Assembly (NCBI GenBank): GCA_947475895.1
Contig: CANJMF010000006.1
Location: forward strand, 17,184-81,183
Length of the DNA stretch: 64,000 bases
Direction: 5' to 3'
DNA from: Fidelibacterota bacterium
GTDB lineage: Bacteria > Pseudomonadota > Alphaproteobacteria > Rhodospirillales > Rhodospirillaceae
Each line of letters starts with the position of its first letter. Position 1 is the first letter of the stretch. The translations under genes and the position numbers were made by a program. Positions 49,789 to 59,925 of the stretch are shown here, in pieces. Below the pieces are notes generated by a model that worked only from the letters and a program-made list of their open reading frames with translations, had not been told where the DNA came from and ran no database searches.

Positions 49789-50532
49789 ATGGGAAAGCGG
49801 TCAGCAGCCCGTACCAACAAGAAGCAGTTCCGTGACAACAATGGTGATGGTTTTCAACTTCACGCAATTGACGGCGGATGGGATCCGATCGAGGAGCGGC
49901 GCGACCAGAGTTTTATTCGGCATGTGAAACCACGAAGTGAGGGCCAACAGGCCCTGATGGAAGCCATAGACGGCGGCGCTTTGACGCTCGCCCTTGGGCC
50001 AGCGGGCACCGGCAAGACCTATTTGGCCATTGCGGCAGCGGTAAAAGCCCTGGAAGAGGGTCGTATCGACCGCATCGTTCTTTCGCGCCCTGCCATCGAG
50101 GCCGGCGAAGCGCTGGGGTACTTACCCGGCACGATGGAGGAGAAGATGGCCCCCTATTTGCGGCCTCTATACGACGCCTTAGCGGACCGCATGGGCGGTA
50201 AGCGTCTGCGTCAGCACTTAACAGAAGGCACGATTGAGATCGCCCCTATTGCCTATATGAGGGGCCGAACGCTGAACAACGCATTTGTGGTCATCGATGA
50301 AGCCCAAAATTGCACCTATGGTCAGATCAAAATGCTTCTGACTCGCCTGGGCTGGCATTCCACCATGGTGATTACGGGCGATCCGGATCAGAGCGATCTG
50401 TTGCCGGGCGTCTCGGGCCTCGCGGACATCGCCACAAGACTTGAGCAGGTTGGCGATATCGCGATTGTACGACTTTCGAAGCAGGACGTGGTGCGCCACC
50501 CGTTGGTGGCCTGCATGCTCGCCGCTTTGTAG
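49789..50532 (+). CDS. phoH: PhoH family ATPase
   Basis: ALGPAGTGKTYLAIA (Walker A), LSRPAIEAGEALGYLPG, FVVIDEAQN. The start is taken at MGKRSAAR (49789). The 116 upstream codons in the ORF track look non-coding. Confidence 0.85.
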   Translation: MGKRSAARTNKKQFRDNNGDGFQLHAIDGGWDPIEERRDQSFIRHVKPRSEGQQALMEAIDGGALTLALGPAGTGKTYLAIAAAVKALEEGRIDRIVLSRPAIEAGEALGYLPGTMEEKMAPYLRPLYDALADRMGGKRLRQHLTEGTIEIAPIAYMRGRTLNNAFVVIDEAQNCTYGQIKMLLTRLGWHSTMVITGDPDQSDLLPGVSGLADIATRLEQVGDIAIVRLSKQDVVRHPLVACMLAAL

Positions 50533-50593
50533 AAACACTTCCGCCCTCACGGGGTTTTCCGGAGGGCGGTTACGAGGTGCGTCCCTGAAACTT

Positions 50594-50625
50594 GGGGCGG
50601 TGCGCAAGCGCCGCCCCTTTTTTTT
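50594..50625 (+). terminator. rho-independent terminator after phoH
   Basis: GGGGCGGTGCGCAAGCGCCGCCCC followed by T8. Confidence 0.85.
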
Positions 50626-50778
50626 GTGACTTCTTTGTAGATCAAAAATACCGCCCGCGCCGAATGAAGATCTGACGACACCACTAATCGCGGTTTTGGA
50701 GGGAATACGGCGATATCTTGAGTGAATCGCCGCCTTGCGAGTGGCTCACAAAGCGCAAGCCGGAGTGGAGTCGCGCAT

Positions 50779-51351
50779 TTACATATCCGGAAGATTCTTG
50801 GGAACACCCGACCCGATATCTATCCAGGCGCGCTCGGCGTGACCGAGCGTCTTCTTTCCCGATACAAATGTGCCGGCGCGAAGAAGGTGACCGTATGCCA
50901 AAATGCGGCGAGGCTTGTTTAAGTCATTCGCCGTTGGAAGAATGATCGTTTCAATTTCAAAATCGCTGCGCGGCGGTGCGGCATACAAGGAGCGCGTCCA
51001 GAGGCCACACGAGAAATCTAGAATGGTGGACAGGAATTCGCGGGTCGCGGCGGCCTGCTTTGGTGGAAGTAGCGCGAGTCGATTGTCCCCCGTCAAGTCC
51101 TTGCCGCGCAACTCCACGAAATACGTCCCCATAAAACGAAAGACAAAGTCATCGTCCACCTCCTCAAGAATAACGAGGTGCGGAATGAGTTCGCTGCTGA
51201 GATGTTGGAAGAGCGTCCGATAATGGGGAATGGAGTTGTTTTCGCGCAGTGCAGTCCAAGCCGCGAAAAAAGCCTCAGCTCCGGACGTCCTAAACATATG
51301 CCCCGCCTCAAGAAGGCACAGAGCATGCGGGGTCTTGATTGGGCGGAGCAA
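50779..51351 (-). CDS. PAS_5 (DUF1457)-like small PAS domain protein
   Basis: AWTALRENNSIPHYRTLFQHL...HLVILEEVDDDFVFRFMGTYFVELRGKDLTG matches the pattern of the alphaproteobacterial PAS_5 family as I remember it. Confidence 0.55.
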   Translation of the reverse strand: MLRPIKTPHALCLLEAGHMFRTSGAEAFFAAWTALRENNSIPHYRTLFQHLSSELIPHLVILEEVDDDFVFRFMGTYFVELRGKDLTGDNRLALLPPKQAAATREFLSTILDFSCGLWTRSLYAAPPRSDFEIETIILPTANDLNKPRRILAYGHLLRAGTFVSGKKTLGHAERAWIDIGSGVPKNLPDM

Positions 51352-51422
51352 GAAAAATATTGATTAACAAGGACTTGCAACACATATGTGTGCAGGCGCG
51401 GTCCTTTGGAACGAGTGCGTTT

Positions 51423-51986
51423 TTAGGCTCCGAAAAGCGATGTCAAAATCCGCATGACATGTGTTTGTGCAAGTGGGTCGAGCTTTATCCCCGTCGCCGC
51501 AAAATAAACCGTGAGATTATTTAAGGCGTCGTCTTTTTGTTCAACAGGCGAACCCGTAACACCCGTGTCATCTCCATCCATGACCAAGCTATAAAGCGAA
51601 AGGGTTTGCAGCTGCTCCATGTCCAGCTCGGCCTGCTTGACGCGTTCGTGCAGGGAGGAGGCTGCTGCACGGTCGGCCCCGGCCATCGGCGAGTTTTCGA
51701 GTAATTCCTTTAAATTGGTTCGGCAAAGTCGTAGCGGTTCGACGAGATTCTTTTGCCAATCGCGCGATAGCTTCAATGCCGCGGCGAGATACTTCGCCAA
51801 ACTGTTGCTGCCGGTTCCTCGGTAGGCAAGCCACGCACAAAACAGCACGATATTAACGTCCGCGCCCAGCCGATTTTGCAATGCGAGACAGGCCTTCTCC
51901 ACCCCCGCCTGGCTGTACGCCCACGTCGCGAACTCCCACAGGGGATTGCCCTTGATCTGTTTTGGTTGCGGCATTTGATTCATCAA
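51423..51986 (-). CDS. TIGR02444 (DUF2390) family protein
   Basis: NPLWEFATWAYSQAGVEKACLALQNRLGADVNIVLFCAWLA resembles the TIGR02444 N-terminal signature. It overlaps the ubiX stop by 4 nt. Confidence 0.55.
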   Translation of the reverse strand: MMNQMPQPKQIKGNPLWEFATWAYSQAGVEKACLALQNRLGADVNIVLFCAWLAYRGTGSNSLAKYLAAALKLSRDWQKNLVEPLRLCRTNLKELLENSPMAGADRAAASSLHERVKQAELDMEQLQTLSLYSLVMDGDDTGVTGSPVEQKDDALNNLTVYFAATGIKLDPLAQTHVMRILTSLFGA

Positions 51987-52585
51987 CGTTTAGCTTTCTT
52001 CGTAGGCTGATCAGGGGCTTTCTCCCGCCACCGTCGCACGAGACCCGCATCGATGTCGAAGAGGTCGAGCACGCGCCCGATGGTATGTGCGATCATGTCG
52101 TCGAGGTTGCGCGGCCGAGCATAGAACGCAGGAAGCGGCGGCGCGATAATGGCGCCAATCTCCGATGCCTGCGTAAGTGTTCGCAAGTGGCCGGTATGAA
52201 GCGGGCTTTCCCGAACCATCAAAACAAGCCGCCGACGTTCCTTCAGCACCACATCGGCCGCCCGCGTCAGCAAGGTGGACGTCACGCCGGTGACGATCTC
52301 GGACACTGTACGAATAGAACACGGCGCCACGATCATGCCCCGGGTTTTAAACGATCCTGAGGAAATAGCCGCCGCCATGTCGGTATTGCGATGAACCACG
52401 TCGGCGAGCTTACGTACGTCCGAAACCTTGAGATCAGTTTCATGCGCCAAAGTCACCTCGGCCGAAGGGGACATGACCAAGTGCGTTTCCAATCCAGTTT
52501 CACGCAGTGCTTCCAACAAGCGCACGCCATAAATAACGCCGGATGCGCCGCTGATACCGACGATGAGTCGCTCCTTGATGGTCAT
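51983..52585 (-). CDS. ubiX: flavin prenyltransferase UbiX
   Basis: LIVGISGASGVIYGVRLLEAL...MIVAPCSIRTVSEI...LVLMVRESPL, 200 aa. Confidence 0.9.
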   Translation of the reverse strand: MTIKERLIVGISGASGVIYGVRLLEALRETGLETHLVMSPSAEVTLAHETDLKVSDVRKLADVVHRNTDMAAAISSGSFKTRGMIVAPCSIRTVSEIVTGVTSTLLTRAADVVLKERRRLVLMVRESPLHTGHLRTLTQASEIGAIIAPPLPAFYARPRNLDDMIAHTIGRVLDLFDIDAGLVRRWREKAPDQPTKKAKR

Positions 52586-52793
52586 GAAATGCCGATAATT
52601 AGGTCGAAATGGCTGAAACCGAATAAGTCAGATTAGAGTATTCCTGCAGGTAGAGAAATACGGCGCCGCTGGTATTCGCACGGGAATTTTCCTAGAAGGA
52701 GATATCGGGCCGCATACAGGGATGCCCTGCTTGAGCCAGGACCGACGATTTAAGAACACGCCGGCGTATTCATGCCGGTTTTTGGGGGAAACA

Positions 52794-53438
52794 ATGGAAC
52801 TCTACGGCCTTATATATTCGCCATACATGGCCCGCGTGGTCATCGCGGCGCGCCATAAGAAGATCAAACACAAAATCACGCTTCCGAAAGACGGGATAAA
52901 AAGCCCGGCTTTCCTGAAGATGAACCCTTTGGGCAAGATGCCGGTTATGAAAGACGGCAAGACCGTCTTATTCGAGTCCAGCGTCATTCTCGAATACCTG
53001 GATGCCAAATTTAAGAAAAACCGCATTATTCCAGCAGCGGCCAAAGCGGGCGCTCAGGTTCGCCTCATCAGCGCGATTTTTGCCGAATACGTTCAACCGG
53101 CAATCTTCGCCTTGTTTGCGCAACGCGACCCGGCCAAACGCGACATGGCCGTCGTGGAGGCGAAACAGGCCGAATTGAATCGATTCCTTGATATCGCCGA
53201 AGGACTATTGCTCGCTAAGCCATACGCCGCGGGAAATAAACTGACGCATGCTGATTGCGTTGCCGTACCGGCTCTGTTTTTCCTTGATATCGTTGGTCGC
53301 CTCTTCGGTATTCAGAAGCCGCTCGGTGATCGCAAGAAGCTGAGCCGCTATATGGCAAAGGCCCGCAAAGACAAACTTTTGGGCGGCGTCCTCAAGGAAA
53401 TGGAGCAGGCTATCAAAGCCGTGATTCCGGGCCTCTAA
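52794..53438 (+). CDS. glutathione S-transferase
   Basis: MELYGLIYSPYMARV...MNPLGKMPVMKDGKTVLFESSVILEYL. The start is at ATG 52794 with GGGGGA upstream. Confidence 0.8.
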   Translation: MELYGLIYSPYMARVVIAARHKKIKHKITLPKDGIKSPAFLKMNPLGKMPVMKDGKTVLFESSVILEYLDAKFKKNRIIPAAAKAGAQVRLISAIFAEYVQPAIFALFAQRDPAKRDMAVVEAKQAELNRFLDIAEGLLLAKPYAAGNKLTHADCVAVPALFFLDIVGRLFGIQKPLGDRKKLSRYMAKARKDKLLGGVLKEMEQAIKAVIPGL

Positions 53439-53742
53439 AACGCATCTAGTTCCGCTGATCGACGTCAAATTTCCGTCACATACAGAGCCCTGCCCCCAGA
53501 TACGTCTGCTCCCGGGGGCGGGGTTCCATTCAAAGATGCCTGGTCGGAAACCATTTACCGGCTTGAAAGCGTCTTTATGCGTCCGTCCCACATTGGCCGC
53601 CACTCGTCCCGTTTGTTAGTGTAAACAGTTCACGCAGTGGGGAGATTGCGCGGCTTAGACACCTATGCGCGCGATTTGCGCAGGTATTCGGTCTCGCATG
53701 AGCGATACCATAAAAACATTTTTGTAGGCGACGACAGCGCGC

Positions 53743-55530
53743 ATGGAAAGTATCGAACTCGCAAACGGCGTGCTGCTGCTAGGTGCGGTTCTCGTCCTGG
53801 TGGGGATTCTTTCGAGTTTGGTGGCCACACGCTTTGGCGCACCTTTGCTGCTTATCTTTTTAATTCTGGGGATGCTCGCCGGCGAAGATGGGCCGGGCGG
53901 CATCAAATTTAACGACTACCGCCTCACCTACATGATCGGTTCGTTGGCCCTCGCCGTCATTCTTTTCGATGGCGGATTGCGGACAAAGATCAGCACCCTT
54001 CGCGGCGCCGTTGGTCCGGCAATATCTCTTGCGACTGTGGGCGTGCTGATAACAGCTGGTTTAACGGGCGTGGCCGCCAGCTATATTTTTGATCTTCCTC
54101 CGCTGGAAGGTTTCTTAATCGGCGCAGTCGTCTGCTCTACAGATGCGGCGGCCGTCTTTTTTCTTATGCATGCCGGCGGACTCCAGCTGAGACGACGTGT
54201 CGGCGCAACGCTGGAAATGGAATCCGCCACTAACGATCCGGTGGCCGTTTTTCTGACCGTCATGGTCGTTCAAATTATCCAGGCGGCCCCCACCAGTTTC
54301 GTGGATCAGAGCCTGACGATCATAGAAACGCTGACGCTGCAGACGGTTATTGGCGGGTTAGTCGGCATATTTGGCGGGCTTGCGGCCTCGTCCCTGCTAA
54401 ACCGCATTACGCTCCCGGGCGGCTTACACCCTGTGCTCATCATTGCCTTGACGATTTTACTTTATGCCCTTGCGACTGTTCTGCATGGCAGCGGGTTTCT
54501 CGCTGTCTATCTTGCTGGTTTAGTTTTAGGTAATCGTCCGCTGCGCGCATCGGCCAGCATCATCACAGTCAACGATGCGGCAACATGGCTCAGCCAAATT
54601 GTCATGTTTATGGTCTTGGGATTGCTTGTTACACCCAGTCGGTTACTAGACTTTGCCCTCCCCGCCGGGCTCATTGCAGTCTTTCTCCTGCTCATCGGCC
54701 GGCCGGTCGCCGTGTGGCTGTGCCTCTCTCCCTTTGGATTTTCGTGGAAAGAAAAAACGTTGGCGTCGTGGGTTGGTTTACGCGGCGCTGTGAGTATTTT
54801 TCTTGCGGCCATCCCAACGCTTTCGGGCGTATCTCACGCGGAACTCTACTTCGATGTGGCGTTTGTCGTCGTTTTGGTCTCACTGCTCGTCCAAGGTTGG
54901 ACTCTTACTTGGGCTGCATCAAAACTGGACTTAGCGCTGCCCCGGACAGGCGCACCCATTCATCGCTCCGAGCTAGATTTGCCGGGGCAGTTGGCTCTTG
55001 AAATGGTCGGTTATCCGGTCCGTGCCGAAAGCGCTATTGTGAATGGTGCAGCCGTGCCGCCATGGGCACGCGCCGCGTTTGTCGTGCGGCATCAAGGTAT
55101 ATTGACGCCGTCCCAGGCGGGTCGTCTTCAAGCAAATGACTATGCTTACTATTTAGCTCCACCTGATCGCGTGGCCCGCCTCGATCAGATTTTCGCGCCG
55201 CATGCTGAGTTGTTGGCGTCCAATGAGCCATTCTTCGGTGAGTTCACCTTTAAAGGAACAGTCACTTTGAGGGAGGTCGCAGCCTTTTACGATCTTAACC
55301 TCGAAGCGGGCTTGATGAATCGAACCATTACCGATTTATTCGCGGCTCGCTTCGAGAATAAACCCGAAGTTGGTGACCACCTTCGCCTCGGAAGCGCGGA
55401 GATTATCGCACGCGAAGTTGATGATGATCGCGTGCTGTCTGCCGGTCTTCAGCTGGATGTGCTTTCGGCACCAGCAGTTAAGCCGAAGCGCGTCGGTATT
55501 TGGATGAGAAAGATTCTGAGATTAAACTAG
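53743..55530 (+). CDS. potassium/proton antiporter (CPA1, NhaP2/CvrA type) with C-terminal TrkA-C-like domain
   Basis: LLLGAVLVLVGILSSLVATRFGAPLLLIFLILGMLAGEDGPGGIKF is the characteristic N-terminus. 595 aa. Confidence 0.85.
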   Translation: MESIELANGVLLLGAVLVLVGILSSLVATRFGAPLLLIFLILGMLAGEDGPGGIKFNDYRLTYMIGSLALAVILFDGGLRTKISTLRGAVGPAISLATVGVLITAGLTGVAASYIFDLPPLEGFLIGAVVCSTDAAAVFFLMHAGGLQLRRRVGATLEMESATNDPVAVFLTVMVVQIIQAAPTSFVDQSLTIIETLTLQTVIGGLVGIFGGLAASSLLNRITLPGGLHPVLIIALTILLYALATVLHGSGFLAVYLAGLVLGNRPLRASASIITVNDAATWLSQIVMFMVLGLLVTPSRLLDFALPAGLIAVFLLLIGRPVAVWLCLSPFGFSWKEKTLASWVGLRGAVSIFLAAIPTLSGVSHAELYFDVAFVVVLVSLLVQGWTLTWAASKLDLALPRTGAPIHRSELDLPGQLALEMVGYPVRAESAIVNGAAVPPWARAAFVVRHQGILTPSQAGRLQANDYAYYLAPPDRVARLDQIFAPHAELLASNEPFFGEFTFKGTVTLREVAAFYDLNLEAGLMNRTITDLFAARFENKPEVGDHLRLGSAEIIAREVDDDRVLSAGLQLDVLSAPAVKPKRVGIWMRKILRLN

Positions 55531-55536
55531 TAGTGA

Positions 55537-55962
55537 TCAGTGCGCCTTGTTGGCGATCAAATCCAGGCAGCGGATACACTCGACAACTTCGACCCCACCA
55601 TTCCCTTTACCGCTTTCCATATTCAACGCATGTGTAAAAGCCGCCACCGCAGCTTGATTTGCATTGCGCGGAAACATCGCCTTCCAGTTGCGAATACTTT
55701 GAAGGATGATATCTGAACGAGCCTGATTTTTCTCGGTGTTGCGCAAAGCCGTCAACAGCCCACGAACTGCACTATCTGCTCGACGCGCCACTTCAGGCTT
55801 ATTCGCGATGTTCAGAAAGAGTGTCATGTACCCTCTCAATTGAGATGGATCACACTGACAACGTGCAGTGACGTCATTAGGTTCCCCTTCTGCGCGGTAA
55901 GCCACGTTCGCTTGCGCTAGCTTACGACCGATTTTCTCCCAGCGATCGCAAGGAGCCGCCAT
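55537..55962 (-). CDS. hypothetical protein (orphan; start uncertain, possibly 55827)
   Basis: ORF only, with no recognisable family. The 5' 40 nt overlap the flavin reductase gene if the 55962 start is used. Confidence 0.35.
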   Translation of the reverse strand: MAAPCDRWEKIGRKLAQANVAYRAEGEPNDVTARCQCDPSQLRGYMTLFLNIANKPEVARRADSAVRGLLTALRNTEKNQARSDIILQSIRNWKAMFPRNANQAAVAAFTHALNMESGKGNGGVEVVECIRCLDLIANKAH

Positions 55963-56452
55963 GAAATAGGAGCGGCGCCTTCCCTACATTAAAAATGCGC
56001 CGCACGCGCCCGACCACAATGTCGTGGTCGCCGCCAGGATAGCGGGCCTCGGTTAGGCATTCGAGATAGACGACACACCCTTCGAGAAGCGGTACGCCGT
56101 CCAACCCGCGTTGGATTCCAATGTTCTCGAATTTGTCGCTGCCGGGCCTACTGAATTTAACGGCCAGACTCTCCTGGGCTTCCGATAAAACATTCACGAT
56201 GAATGGCGCCTTAACCCGGAAGTGGTCGTAATATATTGAACCGTTAGCGATGCTCCACAGTATGAGTGGAGGATCTAGTGACAACGAGTTAAACGAACTA
56301 ACCGTCAGTCCCAGGTCTATTTTCGAGTCCGAGACTGTCGTCATGACAGTAACGCCGGTCGCGAAGTGACCAAGCGCGTCGCGAAACGCGCGGCGCGCTT
56401 GATCTGTCGCCGCCGGTTCTATGCCGGCGATGCCTTCGATAATAAGCGTCAT
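55922..56452 (-). CDS. flavin reductase family protein (FMN-binding split barrel)
   Basis: FRDALGHFATGVTVMTT...SFNSLSLDPPLILWSI is typical of HpaC/NADH:flavin oxidoreductase-like proteins. Confidence 0.8.
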   Translation of the reverse strand: MTLIIEGIAGIEPAATDQARRAFRDALGHFATGVTVMTTVSDSKIDLGLTVSSFNSLSLDPPLILWSIANGSIYYDHFRVKAPFIVNVLSEAQESLAVKFSRPGSDKFENIGIQRGLDGVPLLEGCVVYLECLTEARYPGGDHDIVVGRVRRIFNVGKAPLLFHGGSLRSLGENRS

Positions 56453-56476
56453 CGTGTTTTGTGCGCGGGGTCGCCT

Positions 56477-58027
56477 TTAACGACGCTCATCTAGGCCGTG
56501 CGCCGCCGCTTCCATCGCCGTCGGCAATGGCGCGTCGTCGATGATGTCCAGACCCTGCGCGAGCCGCGAATTGGGAAGGCCATAAAACGCATAGAGTGCT
56601 GCGCCAATAACGAGATACCCGCCCAGAATAAACGCCGGGATGGGGTCGCCATGCGTCGCTTTTAAAATGATATCGGCAATGAGGGGGGCCGCCATGATGC
56701 CCGCAAAAATGATGCCCAACACGGGTATCCATGCGCCGCCTGGTGCGCGGAAAGGCCGGTGAAGATCCGGCCGCGTTTTCCGAAGCCAAAGCACACTGAA
56801 GCAAACAATACCGAAAGCAAAAGCGGTTCCCAAACTTACCAAGTCGCCAAGAATGGTGATTGGCAAAATCGAAGCCGCAATTGCTATAAGCACGCCGAGA
56901 ACAATCGTACCCTTCCAAGGCGTGCGGAAGCGGGGGTGAATTGTTGAAAACATGCGCGGCAAAAGCCCGTCGCGCGCCATCGCAAAAAATACGCGCGATT
57001 GCCCGTATGTCAGAATCAGCATGACCGACGTCAAGCCCGCAATAGCGCCGACCTTGATGAAAAATGAAAAACTGGGCATTCCCATTCGATCAACCGCAAT
57101 AGCAATCGGTTCTGGCACGCCCAAATCTTTATACGAGACGATACCCGTAAGGACGGCCGCCACAGCCATATAAATGGCCGTACACACAAACAGAGAACCC
57201 AATATTCCAATTGGCATGTCGCGATGCGGATTTTTCGCCTCAGCGGCTGCGGTGGATACGGCTTCAAAGCCGACATAGGCAAAAAAGATGACCGATGCTG
57301 CACGGAAAACCCCGGGTATCCCGTACTTAAAGTCACCTTCGCTTTCCGGAATAAAAGGGATCCAATTGTCTGTGTTTATAAAGCTGATGCCCATGGCGAT
57401 AAACACCAGCAGCACACCCACCTTGATGAACACGATGACGTTATTGACCCGTGCCGATTCTGAAATCCCGATGACAAGAAGCGCCGTAACGGCGAGCATC
57501 GCGAGGGTCGCAACCAAATTCACACTGTTTGTAACGTGGAAGACCAAGCGGCCCGTTTCGTCTGCCATGGACTGAATAGTGGAGGTCGCAAATTCTGGGG
57601 GAATTATAACGCCCAGTCCCTTTAGGAAGCTGGCGGCATATCCGGACCATCCGACCGCAACCGTCGCCGCAGCGACGCCGTATTCTAAGACCAGCAGCCA
57701 CCCCATAATCCAAGCGAAGAGTTCACCCATCGTGGCGTAGGAATAAGTGTAGGCCGAACCGGCCACGGGCATTGCTGAGGCTAGCTCGGCATAACAAAGG
57801 CCCGCAAACGCACAGGCAGTGCCGGCAATGATGAATGAAAGCATAACGGCCGGACCCGCGAAATTCGCGGCGGCGTTTCCGGTCATCACATAAATGCCGG
57901 CGCCGATAATGCAGCCAATGCCCAGGAAAACCAGATTGACAGGACCAAGCACGCGTTTGAGGTGGTGGGCTGAAGCTTCTCGTTGAATTTGATCAACGGA
58001 CTTCTTCAGAAATAATCTACCCGCCAT
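56477..58027 (-). CDS. APC-superfamily amino acid permease (cationic amino acid transporter-like)
   Basis: 516 aa and polytopic. HLKRVLGPVNLVFLGIGCIIGAGIYVMTG is a CAT/YhdG-like signature. Confidence 0.85.
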   Translation of the reverse strand: MAGRLFLKKSVDQIQREASAHHLKRVLGPVNLVFLGIGCIIGAGIYVMTGNAAANFAGPAVMLSFIIAGTACAFAGLCYAELASAMPVAGSAYTYSYATMGELFAWIMGWLLVLEYGVAAATVAVGWSGYAASFLKGLGVIIPPEFATSTIQSMADETGRLVFHVTNSVNLVATLAMLAVTALLVIGISESARVNNVIVFIKVGVLLVFIAMGISFINTDNWIPFIPESEGDFKYGIPGVFRAASVIFFAYVGFEAVSTAAAEAKNPHRDMPIGILGSLFVCTAIYMAVAAVLTGIVSYKDLGVPEPIAIAVDRMGMPSFSFFIKVGAIAGLTSVMLILTYGQSRVFFAMARDGLLPRMFSTIHPRFRTPWKGTIVLGVLIAIAASILPITILGDLVSLGTAFAFGIVCFSVLWLRKTRPDLHRPFRAPGGAWIPVLGIIFAGIMAAPLIADIILKATHGDPIPAFILGGYLVIGAALYAFYGLPNSRLAQGLDIIDDAPLPTAMEAAAHGLDERR

Positions 58028-58365
58028 GTAGTCCCCTTTTCTTTAAATGCGTCGGTGGATGACGCTGTCCTAAACATTCCCCTCTCCGACGTTAAAGATA
58101 CGCGCTCACAACCGCAACCAGCGTGATACGCAGCGTGCTCCATCAAGAACGTTCACATCCGCACGATGCTCGGCAGACCTTTCCTAGAAGCCTATGTGCG
58201 CTCGGCACCTCATGCAGGTCTCTGCAGGCTACGCCTTCACCAGCCACCATTTAACTCATTGATATATAGAGTTTTTTTAAGAACATGTAGATGGCACGAA
58301 ACTTGCTTACACAAGAGCGAAAGGCGCCCTGTTTGCGCCCAAGGCCAAGAAGGACCGGAAAAGTC

Positions 58366-58782
58366 ATGTCTGTGATCGATTTTATCGCCGTTCGCCGTCG
58401 TAACGGCGATGTCAAAACGGAAAGCACGCCTGCAGTGGCGACGAAAACGCGCGCACCGGCTGCACCGCTCACGGCTAGTCAATTTAGCCGCCACATCTCT
58501 CACATCATCGAAGACGAGATGCGCCGGTCCTTGAAACGCCACGTTGAAGTAATCGATCCGCGCGAAATGATCGACCTTGCGAAAATGGTCGCCGATCTCA
58601 AGGCAAAGTATATCGGAACAACGTTAGCGATCGCGTCCAATCGCCAACCCATTACGGATTCTGAGCTCGAACAGCTCAAAACGTTCCGCATCAAAATTCA
58701 AGAACTCGAAGCCGCCCATAACGAGCTGAATGAAGCGATTGCTGCTCAGCTCGTTGAAGTTCGCGGCGTTATAAAGGAATAG
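58366..58782 (+). CDS. hypothetical protein with coiled-coil C-terminus
   Basis: ORF from ATG 58366 (MSVIDFIAVRRRNGD...). The C-terminal heptad-like region is LEQLKTFRIKIQELEAAHNELNEAIAAQL. It has no recognised family and lower GC than its neighbours. Confidence 0.45.
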   Translation: MSVIDFIAVRRRNGDVKTESTPAVATKTRAPAAPLTASQFSRHISHIIEDEMRRSLKRHVEVIDPREMIDLAKMVADLKAKYIGTTLAIASNRQPITDSELEQLKTFRIKIQELEAAHNELNEAIAAQLVEVRGVIKE

Positions 58783-58829
58783 CACCGTTCGCGCTGTGCG
58801 CGGGCGAGATGCTTAAGAGGTGACCACTA

Positions 58830-58873
58830 CCCCGGGATTTGGCCAGAAGGGCCGGCCCGGGGATTCTATTTTT
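58830..58873 (+). terminator. terminator-like hairpin after the 58366..58782 gene
   Basis: CCCCGGG ... CCCGGGG (58830-58836 / 58856-58862) with an inner GGCC/GGCC pair, followed by the T-rich ATTCTATTTTT. Confidence 0.55.
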
Positions 58874-58877
58874 GGGC

Positions 58878-59231
58878 TTACAAATCCAGCTTCGCGTTTT
58901 TGATCAGCTCCACATTCTCTTCGATCGTGTAGAGATTGTGATAAACGGTATCTTTGAAGAAGTTATACTTCTGTTCCCATGTTGAGTCGCGACGACGTCC
59001 ACGTTCATCCCAAAAACGGCGCCGCCATTCATTAATCTTGATCTGCCAAAAGCAGACGATCATCCCAATTGCACGATAGTGAATTTCAACGCTCTCGCGC
59101 ATTCCGCAGAATTTTTCTGGCGTAATTTCGTCGAAGAATTTTTCGATCTTATGGAATTGGTCGAAGTAGCCATTGAGCGTTAAAATCGTTGTCCGGCCAG
59201 CATTAAGCGCTTCCTGTGTTTCGTCCTTCAT
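58878..59231 (-). CDS. hypothetical protein, C-terminal part of the same possibly frameshifted orphan
   Basis: 117-aa ORF in the adjacent frame. Removing one G from the GGGG run at 59235-59238 fuses it to the upstream ORF (..LLMRFPGMKDETQ..). It contains R-x5-H (RESVEIH). Confidence 0.45.
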   Translation of the reverse strand: MKDETQEALNAGRTTILTLNGYFDQFHKIEKFFDEITPEKFCGMRESVEIHYRAIGMIVCFWQIKINEWRRRFWDERGRRRDSTWEQKYNFFKDTVYHNLYTIEENVELIKNAKLDL

Positions 59232-59925
59232 GCCGGGGAAAGCGCATCAAAAGGCTATTTTGTTCCTGAAGCTTCTTAACGTCGATCAATAGCTCGCGCA
59301 GATCTTCCATCATACTGTCGTAAATGCGCTGATAGTATGAGATCGCCAGAATAATTTCGCTGAGCTTCGAAATGTAGACGACAATTTCAGAAGGCTCTAT
59401 TCGCAGCCGGCCCGCGATGTCGATCAGATTTTTCAGGACTGCGCCGCGGTTTTCGCCTTCTAAAATGCTGGAGAGCGAGGAGCGATCAGTGACCTTCGTA
59501 TTGGTGCCTTCGAGAACGACCTTCAGAAGGCCCTGTGAGTAGTTATTCATATAGCCCTGGAGCCGTTCTTGTTCCTTTTTTCCAATTTGAATCTGAGTGA
59601 GTTCGGCATCACTCAGAAAATCGTTCAACGCCGCCCGCACGGAGTAGACGTCAAAACTGCGCGCACTCATGAGCGCGACAAGCCGACGTCGATCGTGATC
59701 ATTTAAACTGAGTTCGCTGATAACTTCGGTTGCTTTACGAATGCCAATACCCACGCCCTCGGCATTGAACATGTCAACGACCGTCTTGAGATCGCGCAAC
59801 AGCACGATCTTCGAATTGGCGAGAGCCTTACTATTGAAAATCTGCCACTTGTTCAGCGGCATTTCGAAGAAGATATTGATTGGTTCAAGCTTTTTTGGCA
59901 TTGCCCGGCTTTCCGAAGCGACCAT
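59203..59925 (-). CDS. hypothetical protein, N-terminal part of a possibly frameshifted ~350-aa low-GC orphan
   Basis: 240-aa ORF at about 45% G+C by hand count of four 60-nt lines. It ends 29 nt inside the next ORF. No family recognised. Confidence 0.5.
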   Translation of the reverse strand: MVASESRAMPKKLEPINIFFEMPLNKWQIFNSKALANSKIVLLRDLKTVVDMFNAEGVGIGIRKATEVISELSLNDHDRRRLVALMSARSFDVYSVRAALNDFLSDAELTQIQIGKKEQERLQGYMNNYSQGLLKVVLEGTNTKVTDRSSLSSILEGENRGAVLKNLIDIAGRLRIEPSEIVVYISKLSEIILAISYYQRIYDSMMEDLRELLIDVKKLQEQNSLLMRFPRHEGRNTGSA

